64,000 nt of DNA from Bugula neritina. Its lineage: Eukaryota > Animalia > Bryozoa. Positions 60,405 to 64,000 of the stretch are shown in pieces. Within the stretch, counting starts at the first letter, position 1; each line of letters begins with the position of its first letter. The notes under the pieces are model-generated. The model ran no database searches. It saw nothing but the letters and a program-made list of their open reading frames with translations, and was not told the DNA's origin. Where the stretch lies: NCBI GenBank assembly GCA_964035545.1, contig OZ037770.1, forward strand, positions 13,010,642 to 13,074,641, read 5' to 3'. A program made the translations under genes and the position numbers.

Positions 60405-62589
60405 GTGAGTCAGAGTGTCAGCACCAAACTGAGTGAATTTCAAATTAAAAGGTGTCGTGAAAAATCTATATTTACTTCTCAATTTTATTTTTGTGACAAC
60501 AATTATCAATACTTTATACTTATACTAATACTTATACTTATAGTTATAGTAATAGTTATACTATAACTATAAGTATAAGTATAAGACTAGGCTACTGACT
60601 TACAGTTACACTTACTCTTAGTCTTACTCACTCCTCTTAGGTCTCTTACACTTACAGTTTGAGTTACTTTTAGAGTTAGTGTTACTGTTACACTTTCACT
60701 TTGAGTTTGACTCACAGTTACTGAGTGAGTTAGACTTAGTGAGTTAGTGTTACCATAACTGCTACTAATACTAATAGTAATAGTAATACTAATACTAATA
60801 GTAATACTTATGCTGGCCTTAAGACTAAGTTATACAGCTTATACTGATACTTAAATTTATTATTTTATGGTAAGTTTAACTTTCAAAGTTTTAATATACT
60901 TTACTTTATTACCTATCAGTTATCATAATGGCTATAATACTATTAGTATTAGTATTACTTGCGGTTATGGTTTTAGTATAATAATTGATTATATAAGACA
61001 GATAAAATTAGATGTAACACTAGCTGTAAGCAAACTACACTTATTCCTAATCTTAAACTAACACTTACACTTAAATAGTTATCCAGTATGAGTGTCACTA
61101 TGACTGTGATTATCAACAGGGTGCAGGCTATTTTAGACACAAGCTGTTTTGTACTCCCTTTTTCAGGTCGTTTAGTGCACATCAATATAAATGTTAACTA
61201 AAATAAATTATCTTATTTATTTATTATTTGGATTTGGGGTTAGCTCATTATTCATTTTGTGTGCAGCAGTTTGTGTGCTAAACCTCAGGAACCGTATCAA
61301 CATAGCTAAAAGTCTACAACTTACTCGTAAACTTGCAGTTATTGTAAGACTAAGTGTACTGAATATCAATATGATGCCGAGAGTTAAGGTTAGTTCATAT
61401 TTCTACGCCTACCGTAAAGACCTAATACTAATAACTGTAAGTAATAGTAATAGCTACTAATACTATTAGTCCTACTCATTCTCAAAGTGAAAGTGTTGTG
61501 CTATTAATTACTAAAGTTAATGTAAATATTAATAGAATATTATTTAATGTTAAGTAATACTTGTAGTTCATATTAACTATTACCTAAGTTATTATTATTA
61601 GTGTGAGTTTGAGCAAATTGAATTAGCATTATATGTAGCTCCCAAAAAAGTATTTGTAAATTTCGATGCCTATTCAATAAGTAAATAAAGTCAATTATTG
61701 AACCTTTAGACAAAAGAAAACAATTCTAATATCTTATTCATGAGAGTTTGAAACTCTGTTCTGATATTACAATAATATTTATACTAGAGCTTGATTGTGG
61801 TTGTTTTTTGCTATAACCAAAGGGAGTATTTCTAAAGTAAACATAAAACTAAACCAATTGCATGCAACTTTAATACTTTAATTCATCGCTTGTGTCTGAA
61901 TTATACTCTAAATTCTAAGCCATTTGTATAGGGATACATCACCATGCAGTAAAATGCAGATAACAAAATAACTGTATACTAATATTTAAAGAAACAGAAT
62001 AGAATGGCTAAAATAGGCTCCCAGTGGTGTTATTACTAAGTCATAATGACCATTGATTTCAGATGAACATAATGTAATGTTGTTAGTAGCTTGCCAACCC
62101 TTTCCAACTTAGTGCAGTATATCTTGCTAAGTTAAAAATTACTGTAAGGTTCTAAATCTCAATAACAACTTTTTAATTTCTTTATTTTAGAAAATACAGC
62201 TTAAATAATACAACTACTATTGTCAATTTCATTTTTAGCTAATATTCATTCCATCTTCATTCTCATGGTTATAAAATTATGCTGATTCAGTTGTATTGAA
62301 TTACTATTTAGATTCTTATAGGCACACCAGACCATGCGTAGTAATCATGTATTGTACATACAGCGGTCACATGTCAATCATAATGATAAATAGTGGTAGT
62401 ATGGTATAAGGATAAGTAGTGGTAGTATGGTATAAGGGTAAATAGACTGTATCTTTATCCTTGTCCTGGTTTGACTCATGATTGCTTTTGGCATAACAAG
62501 GAATAATCTTAGTTTATACTGACTTTGTACATTGCCAGCCTGTTATTTAATGGAACATATTTCTGTTGGGTGTATCGTATATGTGCTGT

Positions 62590-62865
62590 TTTGTGTAGTG
62601 TACCATACGGTGTATTGTGCTGTAGTGTATTGTGCTGTAGTGTATTGTGCTGTAGTGTGTTGTACTGTAGTGTGTTGTACTGTAGTGTGTTGTGCTGTAG
62701 TGTGTTTTACTGTAGTGTGTTGTACTGTAGTGTGTTGTGCTGTAGTGTGTTTTACTGTAGTGTATTGTACTCTAGTGTGTTGTACTGTAGTGTGCTGTAC
62801 TGTAGTGTATTGTACTCTAGTGTGTTGTGCTGTAGTGTGCTGTACTGTAGTGTGTTGTGCTGTGC
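62590..62865. repeat. 15-bp minisatellite (TGTAGTGTGTTGTRC)n
   Basis: Direct reading; source of CCSVL/VVCCT ORFs. Confidence 0.95.
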
Positions 62866-63228
62866 ACCTTGAAGCTATACAGTGGAGTCTTTGCACCCTG
62901 ACATGTATTTAGACAAGTGTTAGTAGAAGAAAATGAATCAACTGTGTTGTAAAATGTTACAGCGCAGCAATTATTATTAAAAACTTGATTTGATAGCATT
63001 TTCAAAATGTGAGCTTTTCTAGTGACGCACTCATGGGCAGAAATGCATAATTTTGCTTAGCTTAAGTTCATCATTATGGTGTGACGTTTGAGGTGCATTA
63101 TTTTACTAGCAGACAACTCCTAATGTACAAGCAGGGCCAGCAATGCTACTTTGTCATATGATGTCTGTCATGTGGTGTGAGTTTACTGTTTGACTTGCAG
63201 AGACTTTGAGGCAGTCAGATCCAAGAGA

Positions 63229-63300
63229 ATGGCACAGCTGGCAGGTGGTCCCTCTGGTGTCAAGGAGGCAGATGCAGAGATACAGACTATCCTTGACAAG
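63229..63300 (+). CDS. Stefin (cystatin A/B family) N-terminal exon; gene continues beyond window
   Basis: MAQLAGGPSGVKEADAEIQTILDK|gttggt matches the stefin N-terminus (cf. MIPGGLSEAKPATPEIQEIVDK) including the conserved Gly and the phase-0 intron after ..DK; acceptor at 63200. Confidence 0.8.
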
Positions 63301-63399
63301 GTTGGTTGGTGCTACTTTACAATCAGTGAGGAGTGGAGGGGGAGAGGGGATAGTGTAGTATCATAAAATAGCTGTATATGTTAGACTTTAATAATCTTG

Positions 63400-63768
63400 C
63401 ACACGTTTATGGTCAGTATCCCTGTGAGAAACCCTGATAGAAAAGTGTTTTGTTAAATAGGGCTAAGGACTTAATCAGATGGGGCAGGGGAGCAATTATG
63501 ACTGGATGCTCTTCCTAACATCACCAATGGCATTCACTGCGTTTCCATGACTGCGCATAATGCGAATGAATGCCCCGTACGGATTATTTGTGGTTTGTGG
63601 TTTGCATTAACATATAGTTGCGGTTTCATTCGATTTAACTGTTTCCATTAGCCGAATGAAAAAATCCATTCGCATAATGCGATAATGGAAACGCAGTGAT
63701 TTGCTGGGTTCGAGCCCATGACTGAGTTTTTAAGCCAGTGCTCTAACCCCTAGACCACAGCTGCTCTC
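63400..63768 (-). mobile_element. tRNA-derived SINE (copy 6) interrupted by a MITE
   Basis: Body 63400-63534 and head 63699-63768 align continuously to copy 2 once the insert is removed. Confidence 0.88.
63535..63698. mobile_element. 164-bp MITE with 14-bp perfect TIRs and 3-bp TSD
   Basis: ATT|CACTGCGTTTCCAT...ATGGAAACGCAGTG|ATT; subterminal CGCATAATGCG at both ends. Confidence 0.9.
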
Positions 63769-64000
63769 TAACATGTTTTGCTTCAATACAAGTGTGATAA
63801 TATTTTCGTGCTGTATACTATATTACCAATGAAATAATATTGTCCTATTGGTTGTTCACAGCTGCAAACGGTTGTATGTAAACTCTGCGTAGCTTGTTTA
63901 TTAAATATTAAAGGTTCAATCATAATGAACAGTATGTTTATAATAACGCAGTGTGTTTATAATGACCCAGTGCTAACCCAATGTTGACCAGTGGCTATTA

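Noticed and set aside
62525-63005. Cys-rich repetitive ORFs
   Set aside because: Products of a 15-bp minisatellite.

Overview
AT-rich, intron-containing animal (invertebrate, probably lophotrochozoan-type) genomic DNA, not prokaryotic. Four host genes can be read. (1) A single-coding-exon class A GPCR (-, ~6.9-8.0 kb). (2) A 15-exon PRDM1/Blimp-1 orthologue (+, 22928-49494; PR domain plus five zinc fingers, ~851 aa, all splice phases consistent). (3) A convergent TRNAU1AP/SECp43 gene (-, 50641-55872, probable extra first exon at ~60.05 kb). (4) The first recognisable exon of a stefin/type-1 cystatin (+, 63229-63300). Mobile DNA includes a young 5'-truncated CR1/L2-group LINE with intact ORF2 in the probable first intron of TRNAU1AP, six copies of a tRNA-derived SINE (one with an 18-bp TSD, one interrupted by a MITE) and two further TIR elements. 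Many micro/minisatellites explain most spurious ORFs. The most striking non-coding signal is a complete type-I hammerhead ribozyme at 10252-10298. It lies in a ~170-bp structured unit between (TA)n tracts (retrozyme/Penelope-like), next to three long palindromes. All calls were made by eye; no database search was run.
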